Assembly: GCA_012026655.1 (NCBI GenBank)
Contig: JAAILG010000627.1
Span: 1-64,000 of the forward strand
Reading direction: 5' to 3'
Length of the DNA: 64,000 nt
Source: Hydrolagus affinis
Lineage: Eukaryota
The position numbers and the translations under genes were made by a program. Shown piece after piece: positions 50,555 through 63,045 of this stretch (position 1 is the stretch's first letter; each line of letters starts with the position of its first letter). Under the pieces are notes generated by a model. The model worked only from the letters and a program-made list of their open reading frames with translations, ran no database searches and was not told the origin of the DNA.

Positions 50555-50690
50555 TGTCGGCTACAGGGGTATGGGGAATAGGACGGTATATGGGACTGAA
50601 AGGATTGTTCTTGAGGGTTCCAGCACAGACACAACTGGCCAAATAGCCAATTTTGGTGCCGTAATTTGTTTATGGTTCCCTGGTTCTAAT
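50555..50690 (+). mobile_element. Degraded CR1 3' end
   Basis: acaggggtatggggaatagg...ccagcacagacacaactggccaaatagcc...tatggttc resembles a CR1 3' UTR. Confidence 0.5.
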
Positions 50691-50746
50691 AAATGAGGAC
50701 TGTGGGGCATCCAAAAATGGGTCCACAACTACCTGCAACGTTCATA

Positions 50747-51052
50747 GTTATAATAATAATATTCCTTCCATTTGAGATAGTGCTTTTCACGTCTTCGGGA
50801 TGTCTCAAAGTGCCTCACAGAATGTACTGTAAGGTGAATTGATTGTATATTTTGTGGGTAAAACGCGCAGTCAATTGCACACAGCAGTGTCCTACAAACA
50901 CTCATGAATTGAAGTGACCAATTTTTTTTTGAGGGGTGAATGATTATTATCAGGCATGTAAAGTAAGGAAACTTGCCCAAGCTTTTGCCTTGCCTGGGAT
51001 TGAACCCAGGTCTCTTGCTTGTAAAGCAAGCGCTCAAACCACTGAGCCACAT
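50747..51052 (-). mobile_element. Full-length (about 305 bp) tRNA-derived SINE
   Basis: The minus strand has A box tggctcagtgg, B box gggttcaatccc, body and L2-type tail ending (TTA)n. It resembles the abundant chimaera SINE2 family (from recall). Confidence 0.9.
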
Positions 51053-51194
51053 AAATACAACTTCCCTTAAAATAATTTCAAATCAAATTTTTTTTTCAGA
51101 ACAGTAGGTTTGAAAGCCCACCTAGTTTTATGATACAATATTCCTTAATTCCTCATCATCACAAACTTGAACACAAAATGGCCTTTCAGCTGCA

Positions 51195-51255
51195 GCAACA
51201 ACGACTTGCATTTATATTACGTCCTTCTCCTCGGACAGTGTCTTGGAGCACTTTA
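51195..51255 (-). mobile_element. L2-type tail remnant
   Basis: caacaacgacttgcatttatat...ggacagtgtcttggagcacttta. Confidence 0.55.
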
Positions 51256-52302
51256 CGGGCTCTTTAACACCAGGTGGAATTTCTGGCCTGTAAATATACA
51301 TGCTTCTTGTCCACTCTCGGTAGTTATTTAGTGCTGATGGTTGTTGATAATAAGTCGTAAAAGCTGCAGATACACACTCCTGCTGATGAGAAGCAGGCTG
51401 CACGGGGTCACACATTTCTGCTGAGGCTTAATCATCAGCCTTATTTTAGCACTGGATTCTCAAACCCCTTTCAACAAATCTTCGCTACTATTTCCATCCC
51501 ATATGCAAGCCATACATCATGTAATGTCACGAGATAATCAAATGTAGATTATTGCCACACACCAAATGAAAACGGTCTTTACATGCGGTCTCATTTCCTC
51601 TCCCCTCTCCTCTACGAACTGATATTTTCAAGTAAAACAAAAAGGCATTTGTGTGCGGTTCAGTCAAAATACCAAACACCTATCAAAACAAAGAATGTAA
51701 GGGCTGCACAGCTAATGGGATCTGGGTGGTTAGGGAGAGTTGGTTAGTGCTGGCTTCCCAGCCCAAAGCCCTTCGGGCACACACCTGGTGTCAGGTCATG
51801 TTACAATGGCGCACCCAGGCCTGCAGGTCAAGACCTGGCTGCCAACAGGCTTGAAACCTTCAGCATGTCTCTGAAACCATCCCTGTCAGGCAAGGCTGTC
51901 AAACGCCGATCAGACTTTTATAGTTCCATTCCCGCAGACGTTGAGGAATTTTTAATTATCAAAACGAGAGGAACTTTTTTTTTAAACTCTGTTTATGAGA
52001 CAATAAAAAAAACCTTTTGAGAAATACCCGGATTTGCCTGAATGAATTACCAATAACAAACGTGTCACACAGTCTGCCTCTCTTTCTCTCGCTCTCTCTC
52101 TTCTTTCAGTGACATTTATGGCAAATGTGTCCCGAGAAGTTTAAGGAAGGTTCAGCATTCCTAACTCAATGGTGTCAAACAAGGATTAACTATTGCACTG
52201 CTGAATCTGCTCCAAAGCTTCTACATTCATTTCTTAAATATATATGAGACCAACTGTCCAGCTTTGAGTTAATGAAATTAATCCAGAGCTGGATGCTTTT
52301 AA

Positions 52303-52556
52303 GTAATAATAATAATAATAATGATAATTTGGTCACTCAATCCACAATTGTTTGTGGGACACTGCTGTGTGAAATTGTTTCTCCCACAAAATGTACAGTC
52401 AATTCACTTTACAACGACTACAAAAGATCTTGGATTGATCTATTGCCCTTCTCATGGGACTTTATTTTACAGTATATTCTGTGAAACGCTTTGAGATGTC
52501 TCAATGACAGCATGTCAAATGCAAGGATTGCATTTATTAATTATTATTAATTATTA
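52303..52556 (+). mobile_element. SINE 3' half with a small internal insertion
   Basis: ttggtcactcaatcc...gtgggacactgctgtg...tttacagtatattctgtgaaacgctttgagatgtctc...aaatgcaagg. Confidence 0.8.
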
Positions 52557-53758
52557 AGTATCTCACTGAGTGGATGTTATTGAGTATCAATAGATAATCA
52601 TATCACCTGGTGCCTTTGATTTGTGCATGAAGTGTTTACTTTTAAAATGGCTGTCGTCTAATTCAGCGAACAGAGGCAAATATTAATAAAGATGGATTTT
52701 AACATGGGTGTTATTGCAACCTAGTCTCCTTTCTTAATTAAGTTGTTTACAACCAGTAGAATAATGCCACACAAAATACTTACATTTGGCACAGTATCTG
52801 TGACGTCTTGATGTGTTTTCTGTAAAGTGCAGTGACTGCACATTATGCGGATTAGAAGGGACACTTTCTCCAAAAATTGGGAGTCTCAAGAATCGGTATC
52901 ACTGACCTTGCTTCTTGGTTTAGAAATCCGTTAAGAAATCCTGCAAAATTGACTTAATCGAGTGAATTTCAGGCCCTTTGGACCGCAAGACGGAGGAGAA
53001 AAGCAAAGAGCAAAATAGCTACCTGATACACTGTTACAATCGCTTTGCCCTATTCTCATTGAGGAACATTCTGTATTATGACGGAAACCCAACTCTCATG
53101 TAAAAGACCAGCTCCTGCTTTCTTCAGGGTAACATTTCATGAAAACCGCCTACAATTAGTTTTGAAACAGTAGTACATTATTGAAAGGTCAGACACATAG
53201 CTTTGAGTGTTTATTTTAAACTTTTAACATTTAGATGACATTCTATATGTAAAAAGTGAGTTAGCACATTACAATAATAAGCTATGGAAGCACATGGTTA
53301 ATTACAGGTCACTATTAATGCCTGTGTAGTTCTAAGCCACTCCACTGAAAGGCTTAATGCTCTTAAAATAAAAGCAGAAGTGTTCAGCCAGAGGGCCAAA
53401 ACCGATGTGGAATCTACAACTTTGTTTGCTATTAAGAAATAGTTTGAGAAAATCCTGTCAGAAATCAACATTTAAATCCGATTGTATACATATTAAAAAG
53501 TAATAAAAGGCACATCGAAATAAATAAACACACGGGCGCATAGCTGTAAGATGTGATGGGTTTTGAATGCACCAACTACTCCAAGAAGAAAAAAAAACTT
53601 TGTTTTTTTTTATCACTTTGAATATTTATTTGTGGTTCAAATGTGGGCAGTAAAATTAAGAGCATCGAGATATGGTAAGCTCCCTCTATATGCTGTACTG
53701 TTAAGTCTGAAAGGTTGAAATGAGGTTCCTCAAAGCAAAATTCTCTTTAAGGTCTTTT

Positions 53759-53777
53759 TATCCACCAGGGGGAGCAG
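53759..53777 (+). promoter_or_regulatory. CTCF-binding core motif
   Basis: TATCCACCAGGGGGAGCAG; the core CCACCAGGGGGAGC differs from consensus CCACCAGGGGGCGC at one position and lies in unique sequence. Confidence 0.6.
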
Positions 53778-54452
53778 GTCACAAACACACAACCTGCCCT
53801 CCGTCTTGACTTGGGGTGTTCACTGATCAGTCATTTGTTTATTTCCATTGCGGTCTAACTGGAAGATGCTGCAATGAACCACAGTTTTGTAATGAAATAT
53901 TTGGTGTCTTGTTCCTCATCACGCTGTAAAACCTGAAAGATATATCTGGACAAAACTGTGCAGTGCAATTAAACACGGCAGTGTTTTAAAACAGTAAATA
54001 TACAAAGTCACCCTTTTTTGCTGTTTACCCATAATTATTATAAACACTGACACAGGTTCAGATGCTTTTCTTTTCTCTATTTTTTTTTGGAATTGTTTGT
54101 ATTCACAGTTTGGGGGTAATATAGTTTTGCGGATGTTGAAAATCATTTGTGTTGCTTGAAAGCTGCAAAGGAAATGTAATACTCAATGGGATAAGAGAAG
54201 TGACCGTGCGCAGATTAACTTGTGGGCAAACATAAAAATATGATTTATCAGGCTTTACGAGCCAGAATTCAGAAAACGCTCTCTTCTCATTGTATTCTTA
54301 CACAAAGCATCAAAAAAAGTTTGCAAACTTTTATGTGGAATTTTCACACTGACATTCTGCAGGATAATTTTTAATACCCAAATAAAATAGAAGGAAGGTG
54401 ATGCAACGAAAGGTCATATTTTGTCCAATGTGTCACAGTTACATTTTTTTTA

Positions 54453-54497
54453 TACACACACGCACATACACGCGCACACACACACACACACACACAC
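54453..54497. repeat. Imperfect (CA)n microsatellite
   Basis: tacacacacgcacatacacgcgcacacacacacacacacacacac. Confidence 0.9.
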
Positions 54498-55734
54498 CAT
54501 AGTAAAATCTTTCTAAAGTTTTCCATTAATCTCGCCCTTGACGCAATGTGCCAGCTTTCGCCTGCTATCCTCAGTAAAAGCCCCATTCACATCACAAAGT
54601 GCTTCCCTATATCCTGGGGACAAATTGCTGTTTGACCCCAGAATGTCGGTCAAATAGATATAATGTGAATGGGGCTTTAGATTATTAGCAGAGTGCAGTT
54701 CAGAGCCTGTGCAGCAACATTACCATTTAAGGCTGTGTTTGCATTAGAAATTACTTTTCCCCAGGATGTGGGGAACATTTAAAGGCAGGTTTTAGAAAGT
54801 CATTAAAAAAAAACCTCACCTATTTCCATGTGGGAAAATGTACTGTTTTCTCTATGTCGCTGGGAAATGACGAGCGGGACATGGAGGGCACTGGTGGCAC
54901 ACAGCAATCCTCACCAATTTTCTATTCAAATGCATTTACACAAAATGTGTACCTAGGGTCAAGCTTCTCTATCCGCGTTTAGCAGAGGAAACTTTCCTCC
55001 GCATCATTGCCTGCCTTAGGAACGAAGCAGTGCAAAGGACTGAAGACCGTTGGGATCCAATGTTTTTTTTTGGTCAGCCGAGTGACTGACACATGTGGAA
55101 ACCCATCACCATGCTTAAGAGTATCCAAACTAGATACGCATGCCACCCTACCCATGGAAATGTCCCTCTGCATGGAATGGAATGTATACTCTCTCCTCCC
55201 ACCTCCCCACCCCCGTAGGGACACAGCAAAAGGCCAGTCCGCAATGCACTAACTCTGGAAATTCCCCTCCCCATGATGTTTCAGTCTCCCTTTTGCTCCG
55301 AACCAGACAGTAAAGCACTTCCGTTGCCAATTACCCCATCCTTGAGGAGTTTGCTGTCATGATTAGCACTCCGAACCAGAAAGTTTAATGTGTTGAAATA
55401 AATTCAATCGCTCAGACTGATAAGCATACCAAAGTGAACACAGGCAAATAATACTGGAGTAATCCATCAGAATCTCATTCGCAAAGCTGTATAAATAGGA
55501 CCTATTCAAAATGTAGATGTTGCAGTTCAGAATCAGTGAAAGCTCACTGGTTACAAGCTTTGCTTATTTAACCATTTTAGTGTTGAAACTTGGAGAGTTT
55601 GAGCTTTGATTTAGTATTTGAGATCAACAATTAAGAGCTTGCTATTTCTTTTCCTATCTTGGGCTAAGCAATGACTTTTTTTCCTACACATTTTTACGTG
55701 AAACCTTTCCTTCAATCTCCCGTCTTTCTTGGAA

Positions 55735-56112
55735 GTGTTGGCCTGGCTCAGTTGGTAGCACTCCGATTTCTCAGTCAAAACGTTGGGAGTTCCAGTCCCA
55801 TGTCAGGATTATGAACTCACAATCTGGGCTGCCATTCCAATGTAGTGCTGGGGTGTGTTACATTGTTGAATGTGCTGCTATTTGGGATGAGATTTTAAAT
55901 CAGGTGGAAGTTAAAAATCCCACGAAACTGTTCAAAAAGAGAAAGGAGTTTCACTCCTGCTAGCCAACAATTCCGGTGTGCTAGCCAACAATCTCGCCAA
56001 ACTTGTTCATTCACTTCATTGGCAGTTTCTGTGTGAAATTGTAAAATCCAAACAGTAAAATCCGTGAAGCACTTTGCAGCATCTCGATGTTATATAATTC
56101 AATGATAATAAT
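55735..56112 (+). mobile_element. Near full-length tRNA-headed Deu-domain SINE
   Basis: cctggctcagttggtagcac...gggagttccagtccc...gatgagattttaaatc...ccgtgaagcacttt. Confidence 0.75.
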
Positions 56113-57404
56113 TCCTAAAATCCCTGGCCCTCCACCCCACTCACTTTCCACATGACTGTAGAGGTTAAGTCAGGAGCCACCTAGATTTGAGGCATATGGT
56201 GCAAACCTCTCAGATCTCCTGACCTCATCATTTTTCAATGGGGGCACTTGACAACCAGTTACTCATAGAGATTCTGATCGTGGGGCCCCCCTCTCTGTTC
56301 TTCTGTACAACCAAGAAAAATGAGAACGTCTTCTATACTCTTGCCCGCCTCATGCAGGCAGTTTGAGGAGCTATTTAACAAAATGATTGCATGTTAGCAG
56401 TCTGGTTACCTCATTAATCTTAGTTACTCCTTACAGACCTCTCTTTCACTGTCCCCTTCTCTCTTTCAACCCCAAACCTCACACAAGTTGATAGAGGAAT
56501 TTGGATTCTCGAACAGAGATCTGGTCTCTCTTTATGATTCATTCTTGAGTGATTTCACAGTCGGTCCTATCAGTGAAAATTGTACTCTCTTTCAGTGCCT
56601 CCATCTAAAGCCAAACAGTGACTCATTGTTTCAAGCGGCCGATGGATTAAGTATGCTGACTGTCGGATTGACAGATGCTTTATATTATAAGAGTGAGATA
56701 AAACATTTCAAGTCAGGCAAACATAAGCCAAAAGATGTCATTGTCCCAGTGCCATCAATAGAGGCATTTTAAAGTGATATTTTTCAGATGGTGACTATTT
56801 TTCCACTTAACTTTAATTTTCTCTAATTGTTATTACTCTGTTTTTCCTGAAAGCTGCAGTATCTCCCTTTTAAATATTCTTTATAATAGCACAGAGGTGG
56901 CTGCACCCTACAACTAACGCAGACTATATACATTGCTTTTAACCTAGCACAACCTTCTGACTTTTCCACATATGGATAGTCTCTTACAAAGCTCCATACA
57001 TCAGCTCGACAACAAATCCTCTCTCACACCATTCAGAAATGTTATGATCTCGATGACAAATTGCAAGTCTATTTTCACAGTTTTTGTTTATTTGTAATAT
57101 TACTTTGAAGGACGTGTACAACTTTCACAACACTCCAAATTGAAGCCACAGAAATGTGATAAGGCAAGCCCCTGCAAGCAATGAAGAACAGGCAAAGAAA
57201 CCCTATAGTGCCGGATACCTATTAATCAGGTTAAGAAATTACTGCAAGCTATCGTGTGTCCTCTCAAACCACCACCCACACAATTGGGAGGTGGGTGAGA
57301 GTTAAATGAACAATCAAGATTTAGTGGTAGAAATGTTTAGAAATATTAGGATGCAAAAATGTGATGGGTAATATAACAATTAGCACCTGCGTTAATTATT
57401 GTGA

Positions 57405-57828
57405 TGTGTGTCAGCCTGGTTTACTTGGTATCACTCTGTGAATTCTGAACCAGAAGATTGTGGGTTCAAGCCCCATTTTGGGACTTTGAACTCATATAGT
57501 CTAATCGGACATTCCCATTGATGTGCTGTTATGGTAGAGTATGTTAAGCTGAGGCCCTGCCTGGTTGTTCAGGTGGACAGTAAAGATACCATGTCAAAAA
57601 GGGAAAGGAGCTTATCCCAGCGTCCATGCCAAAAATTCCCCCAAATCAAATCATTAATTTGCATCATGACGGGATGTTTGCGGGACATTGCTATGTGCCA
57701 ATTGGCTGTTGTGTTTGCCCACAAAACATACAGTCACTGCACCTCACAGTATGTCCTGCGAAGCTCTTTAGGATGTCCTCCTGACATGCAAGGTACTGTA
57801 CCAAATGTAAGAATTATTATCATTATTA
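57405..57828 (+). mobile_element. Near full-length tRNA-headed Deu-domain SINE
   Basis: gtcagcctggtttacttggta...gtgggttcaagccc...ttcaggtggacagtaaagat...ccaaatgtaagaattattat. Confidence 0.8.
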
Positions 57829-60800
57829 CGTCAACTCCGTGCGTCAGCACCAGCCTGTTATGTAACTTTCAGGAAAAATATTCAGTTTGCAAATTACACA
57901 TGAAGGACATGACACGGTTATGTCAGTAATAAACATCACCAACTTAGTAGCTGATCAGGCCCCTACAAAGATTGTTAATAAGTGAGATGGCAGACATGTG
58001 CATTGTGAGTTACTCTCACCAGCCTCCAAATTTCTTGTGTTATTGATATGCAAAAATGGGCGAAATTAATTTCCAGATGAAAATTTGAAACTGGATCTTG
58101 TACATTAGCTTTCGCAGTGCAGCTTGTTAACACGCTGAGTTCCTATTTATCTGCTGATGAACGGGATTCTTATTAGGGCTCTTTTTGAATTATAACTTCA
58201 GACCACCTGTGCTTATTGCTATTTTGCATTTGTAATTAATAAATGTGGAGTTTTACTTTTTAATAGCAGTAAAGCAACAAGCACACAACTCAGCTCAATG
58301 AAATACCACAAGTGAAATGTCAGGCTCTAAAAGCAGACCCAGGCAGCTCCCAGTCTTGCCAATGCTGTTGAAGGAAGCCGTTTGCTGATGGAGGATAATA
58401 ACCAGTAAATCTCTGCTGAATTTCCCTCATCTCCTGCAAGTTCTACCTTTAAAACAATAGTAGGATCATCCGTAGGCACTCAGCAACTAGCTCACGTTCA
58501 CTTCCTCACTGATATCTTTCCTATTGCATACCAATACCCTGACTGGAGCTGTCTGCTTTCCGAGTTTCTTCTCCCTTTGAGATTTTCTTGTTCATTATCG
58601 TTTCTCTAATGCTGCTGCCTTTTTTAAAAAAACAAAATCACTTACAAAATGTCAGGAAGAAAACTGTGATTTTTTTTAAAAAAGAGGCATGTCTGACAGC
58701 AAAAGAAAATTATAGGACTTTAACTTTCTATTTGCTAGGTTTGTTTTAAACAAACAAAACCTGCACCACTCACTCTGATACTCTAATCTGATTAGCAATG
58801 TGCTGCCTTGCCTTCAGTTTCTTTTAATATTCAATGATCTAAGTAGCATAAGTGAGAATATGAAATATTTCCCCTCTTGTAGTTTTTCAAGGCATAAAGG
58901 GGTGTTTTAACTCCATTTAAAACATTTTCTAAGATGGGGTGGGGGGGTGGGGTGGGGGGGTGAAATTTGTAAAAATCCATCAAGACTGTCTTTCCTAAAA
59001 CAAAATTAAACAAATTTTCACTTTAGTGTTTAAGATTATATAAAGTATTCCGATTAAAATGTCTTGATTTCACTACTTTTTTAAAAAACACAAACATTGC
59101 TTTTTTCATATTAGCAAAATAATCTTTGGTGTTTTCTTCATGAAAATGGCATTTCAAGAGATAGACCATCTCTCTGTTTCTACATCTACTTGTTTGAGAG
59201 CATAAAAGCTTTGCGCAGACCTTGATGTAACCCAGATGCAGATGCCAGGAGTATCTAGCTTTTTCTTTAAAATTGATCCTCTCTAGGTTTCCTTTTATAA
59301 GTTTCTAAGCATATTTTTAGCTTCACAGACCAGCTCTTGATGAAAAGTAGAAGCCAAATTCAGCAGCCAGACCTCACCTAATTAGCAAAATGGGCTTTTC
59401 CTTTCTTTCTCTGGCTCCTTTTTAAGCATTTAGTCTCAGGAGAGGCATCTAAGCTCTCAGCTGGGCTGTTTTGAAAACATTTCTTTGAATACTTCTCCCT
59501 AATTCACAGCTTTGTCTTTAAGCTTTTGTGTTTGACTGTTTGACCATATAACATTATACATCTGGTCTATAGCATGTTTGTAGCTTCTTCTCCCAGGGAA
59601 CCTATGCATTGCTTCAACTCCTCCTGTGCAAATTCCAACTGATCGTGTAACATAAAGAGGCTAAAGTGGTGCCAAGGAGAAATGAGTGAAACATGAAAAG
59701 AGTTGAAAAGAATTCTTTCACTCCTTTTTTTTCCACATTCTGCACAACGAGGTGTCAACAGCAACAAGTTCAAATCATACAACTGTGGGAAAATGACATG
59801 TACTAGAATGGAGAAACTCATTTGAATTCTCCCTAGTAAACATTTCTTGGCCACTTTGCAACACAGGCGATGAAAACGTCCCCAAGATTTCATCCAATCT
59901 GCAGCCGGAGAGGGCTGTGAAGCATCAGAGAGTGAGAACCCGAATGACCTCCTCCATTGTTTCAAGTTTTTTTTGTTTGTTTAGAAGAAGTTTAGAAATT
60001 AAAACCTACTAAAGAGCTCCTTGTGATAGATTATAGTCTGGTGTGCTGGGGGGAGGGGGCGGAGGGGCAAGGGGCAAGGGAGATGTACAGCTCTACATGT
60101 GTACTCAAGCACTGAAATGAAATGGATAATAGAAGTTAGAACATAGGTACTCCTGTTCGGCTGAAGTTCCTGCCCTAGTCGATTAATGTGTATGAAATCT
60201 TGATGCAACCCTCGCAGAATCGGGTTATCAATTCTTAGAGTATCAGTTTTCAGGACTGTGAAGGCGAATTAATAAATCAAGCCACGTCTACACACTTTCG
60301 GTGCCGTTGCCAGATTTATTCATGAGGCATGTGCCGACGCTTTGATGCATATTTTCCATTCCATCGGCTCTTAGAATAAACCGCGATTTACCAAACCTCT
60401 AATGAACGGATTAATTTTAGCGAGGCTGCTTTGCGCAGGCAAGCGCTGGGTGGAGCAAGCACAGACAACTTTTGCAAGACAGGCCGCTAACTAAGACAGC
60501 TACTGAAGCTGAAGGATTAGGTTGTCAAGCCCAGCTTGTCATCTTCAAAAAGGGCTCCGGCTTGTTACATCTTCACAGGCCCAGGCTTTTGCAGGCAACT
60601 TTAAAGAAGACAACCGCAGCCTGCATTGATCACTGATGTCCTGCTTTTATACATTAGAGGCAGTGGGAGCTGTAAAGCTAATCACATTTGTTGGGTATGA
60701 ATTTATTTAAAGGGGGGATTTCATGTGGAACCTTTAGGGTTAATAGGATGGTCGGCTGCACATTCTAAGAAAGTAAGGAGGCTTCTCTCAATCAGCTGTC

Positions 60801-61779
60801 AGCAGGCATAATAGCACAGGATGGGCCATGTTAAGAAACAATATTCAGCAGTTTGAAGGCTGCCTTCGGCCTTCACAGGGAGGCTGAGATACACATCACT
60901 TAGTCTGATATTGGAAAAAAAACCATTGTATTATTTCCCCCCCCCTCACTTCTTCCTCCTGAGCTTGAATGACTAACCAGCGGAGCTGATCTGCCCACTT
61001 TATCTCATTAGATGCACCAGATAGAACACATTGATGTCAATCTATTGTTCACAGGCCTGATTTGAACAAGGGCTCTGGTCAAGAGGGGAGGTGGCTGCTT
61101 TCATAGCGCGGAGGGTAAAAGAAAGTTGAATGCAGTCGATATCTTACAAGTGTTTACTGCCCAGTCACGCAAAAGAAATACTTGAAACCCTGAGAAAAAT
61201 ATACAAGTAATAATTCAGAATTCTTCAGCGTTCTCCCCTTTTATCCACATTTATATACTCGTGATAAATGAGAGTCGAAGGATAAAGAAAACTTCTGAGT
61301 GTTTCTTTTGCAACACAAGAAATAAACCAGTGAAATCAGAGAAATCCAAACAACACAGATCTGCAGAAATATAAAACGGTCGTTTTTCCTTATTACACTC
61401 CAAGAGAGTGTTGCCAAACTGACGTTCTCTTTTAATCTTTTTGTTTCTTCCCTTCAGTGATAGTTCGATAGGTTTCCTTTTGGTTTTCCCTTTTTAATTA
61501 TTAGTCCTGTGCTGGCCGCTCCCTGCCATGCTTCAATCTCCATCGCGAAGGGTAGGGTCAAGCCTGGCATGGCACTTCTTCATCAACTTTAACAACATAT
61601 TGAAATAATGGGAATGGTGTGGGGTGGGGGAGATGGGGGGAAGGAGAAGAGAGTCACTAATGTAACATTTGCTTAGCTGGTGGCCTAATAGAGCACAGTA
61701 CACATGTGTTTCAGCCACTATTATCTACCTTTTTTTTTAACGTAGCCTTTCGAGGCAGGAATGCTGTAAAATTAGCACT

Positions 61780-61904
61780 CAATAATAATAATCATCCTCG
61801 CACTTCATATAGCGCCTTATCACGCCTTTTAGATGCATTTCAAAGCACATCTCAGAATACACTGTAAAGTGAATTCATTGATTATATATTTTGTGGGACA
61901 AAAC
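61780..61904 (-). mobile_element. SINE 3' tail
   Basis: cctcgcacttcatatagcgccttatcacgcc...actgtaaagtgaatt...ttttgtggg. Confidence 0.85.
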
Positions 61905-61995
61905 CTTTAATACTTATAAAACGTATGATACTTACAGGCTGAAATTCAGGTCAGCATTTCATGGGTTTGGTGATGTTGGAAGCTAAAGGGGAAAG

Positions 61996-62350
61996 ATGTC
62001 AGCCTGGCTCAGTTGGCAGCCCTCTTGCCTCCGACTTAGAAGATTGTGGGTTCAAGTCCTATGTCGGGATGTTGAGCTCACATTCCAATGCAGTGCTGGG
62101 GGGGGGGTTGCTGCGTTGATGGAGGTGCTGTATTTCAAATGAAATATCTGAAAAGAGAAGGGAGTTACTCCTGGTGTCCTGGAAAACAATACCCTAAATA
62201 ATACTGGCCATTCAAATGGTTTCTTGCAGAATATTGATGAGCACAAACCTGTTTGTGTACAAAATAACACAGTCTCTGGGCCTTACAGTAAATGCTGCAA
62301 AGTGCTTTGAGATGTCTTCCTGGTTCTGAAAGGTGCTATGACAAATGGAT
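61996..62350 (+). mobile_element. tRNA-headed Deu-domain SINE with internal deletions
   Basis: gtcagcctggctcagttggcag...gtgggttcaagtcc...ggagttactcctggtgtcctgg...gtgctttgagatgtc. Confidence 0.8.
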
Positions 62351-62829
62351 TTGTTTTTTCTAAAAAAAAGAAACAAAACACACCGCCAACGGCCAAAAAA
62401 ACAGTGAAAAATAAAACAAGGCAACAAAACAATCACGTACTGGTGCAAAGATTAAGAAAGTCAGGCTCACAGTGCCAGGAACAAAAAGAAGCCATCAGTC
62501 ATATCCTCCTACACAGAAGAACTTTCCCAGTGAGTGACCACTAAAGAAAACAGTAGGAAGTGCCTGGAGATAGTAGGGAAATGGAGAAATGTAAACAAGG
62601 AGCACTGGTTCACTGCAGAATAAACCACAGGGTTGACAACAGGAAGTTCATAAACCATGGGTTCAAAAGTCAGAAGGGTCGAAAGGTCTTCCTCGAAATC
62701 TGCTCCAGCCACAGGTGTCTCTTTGCTGGTCCCTTTCCAGCCACCCGCTCACCACCACAAAGAGAGTCAAGTGAGTGTGGTGTGCTTTTCTGAAGTTTGC
62801 TCCATGCATCCTCAGTGCCAGCAGATGGT

Positions 62830-63045
62830 AGTTTGGGTTGATCACCCAATCGTTCATGTTGCACTTCGGTCGCTCAATCCATGACTGTTTGTGCGGACAC
62901 TACTGTGTGCAATTGGTTGCTGTGTTTCGCTCACAAATATACAGTCAATTCACTTTACAGTGTATTCTGTGAAGCGCTTTGAGACGTCTCAAAGATGTGA
63001 TAAGCGCTATATCCAATGCAAGGATGATAATTATTATTATTATAA
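62830..63045 (+). mobile_element. SINE 3' half, well preserved
   Basis: gcggacactactgtgtgcaattgg...ctgtgaagcgctttgagacgtctc...taagcgctatatccaatgcaagg, ending in (TTA)n. Confidence 0.9.
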
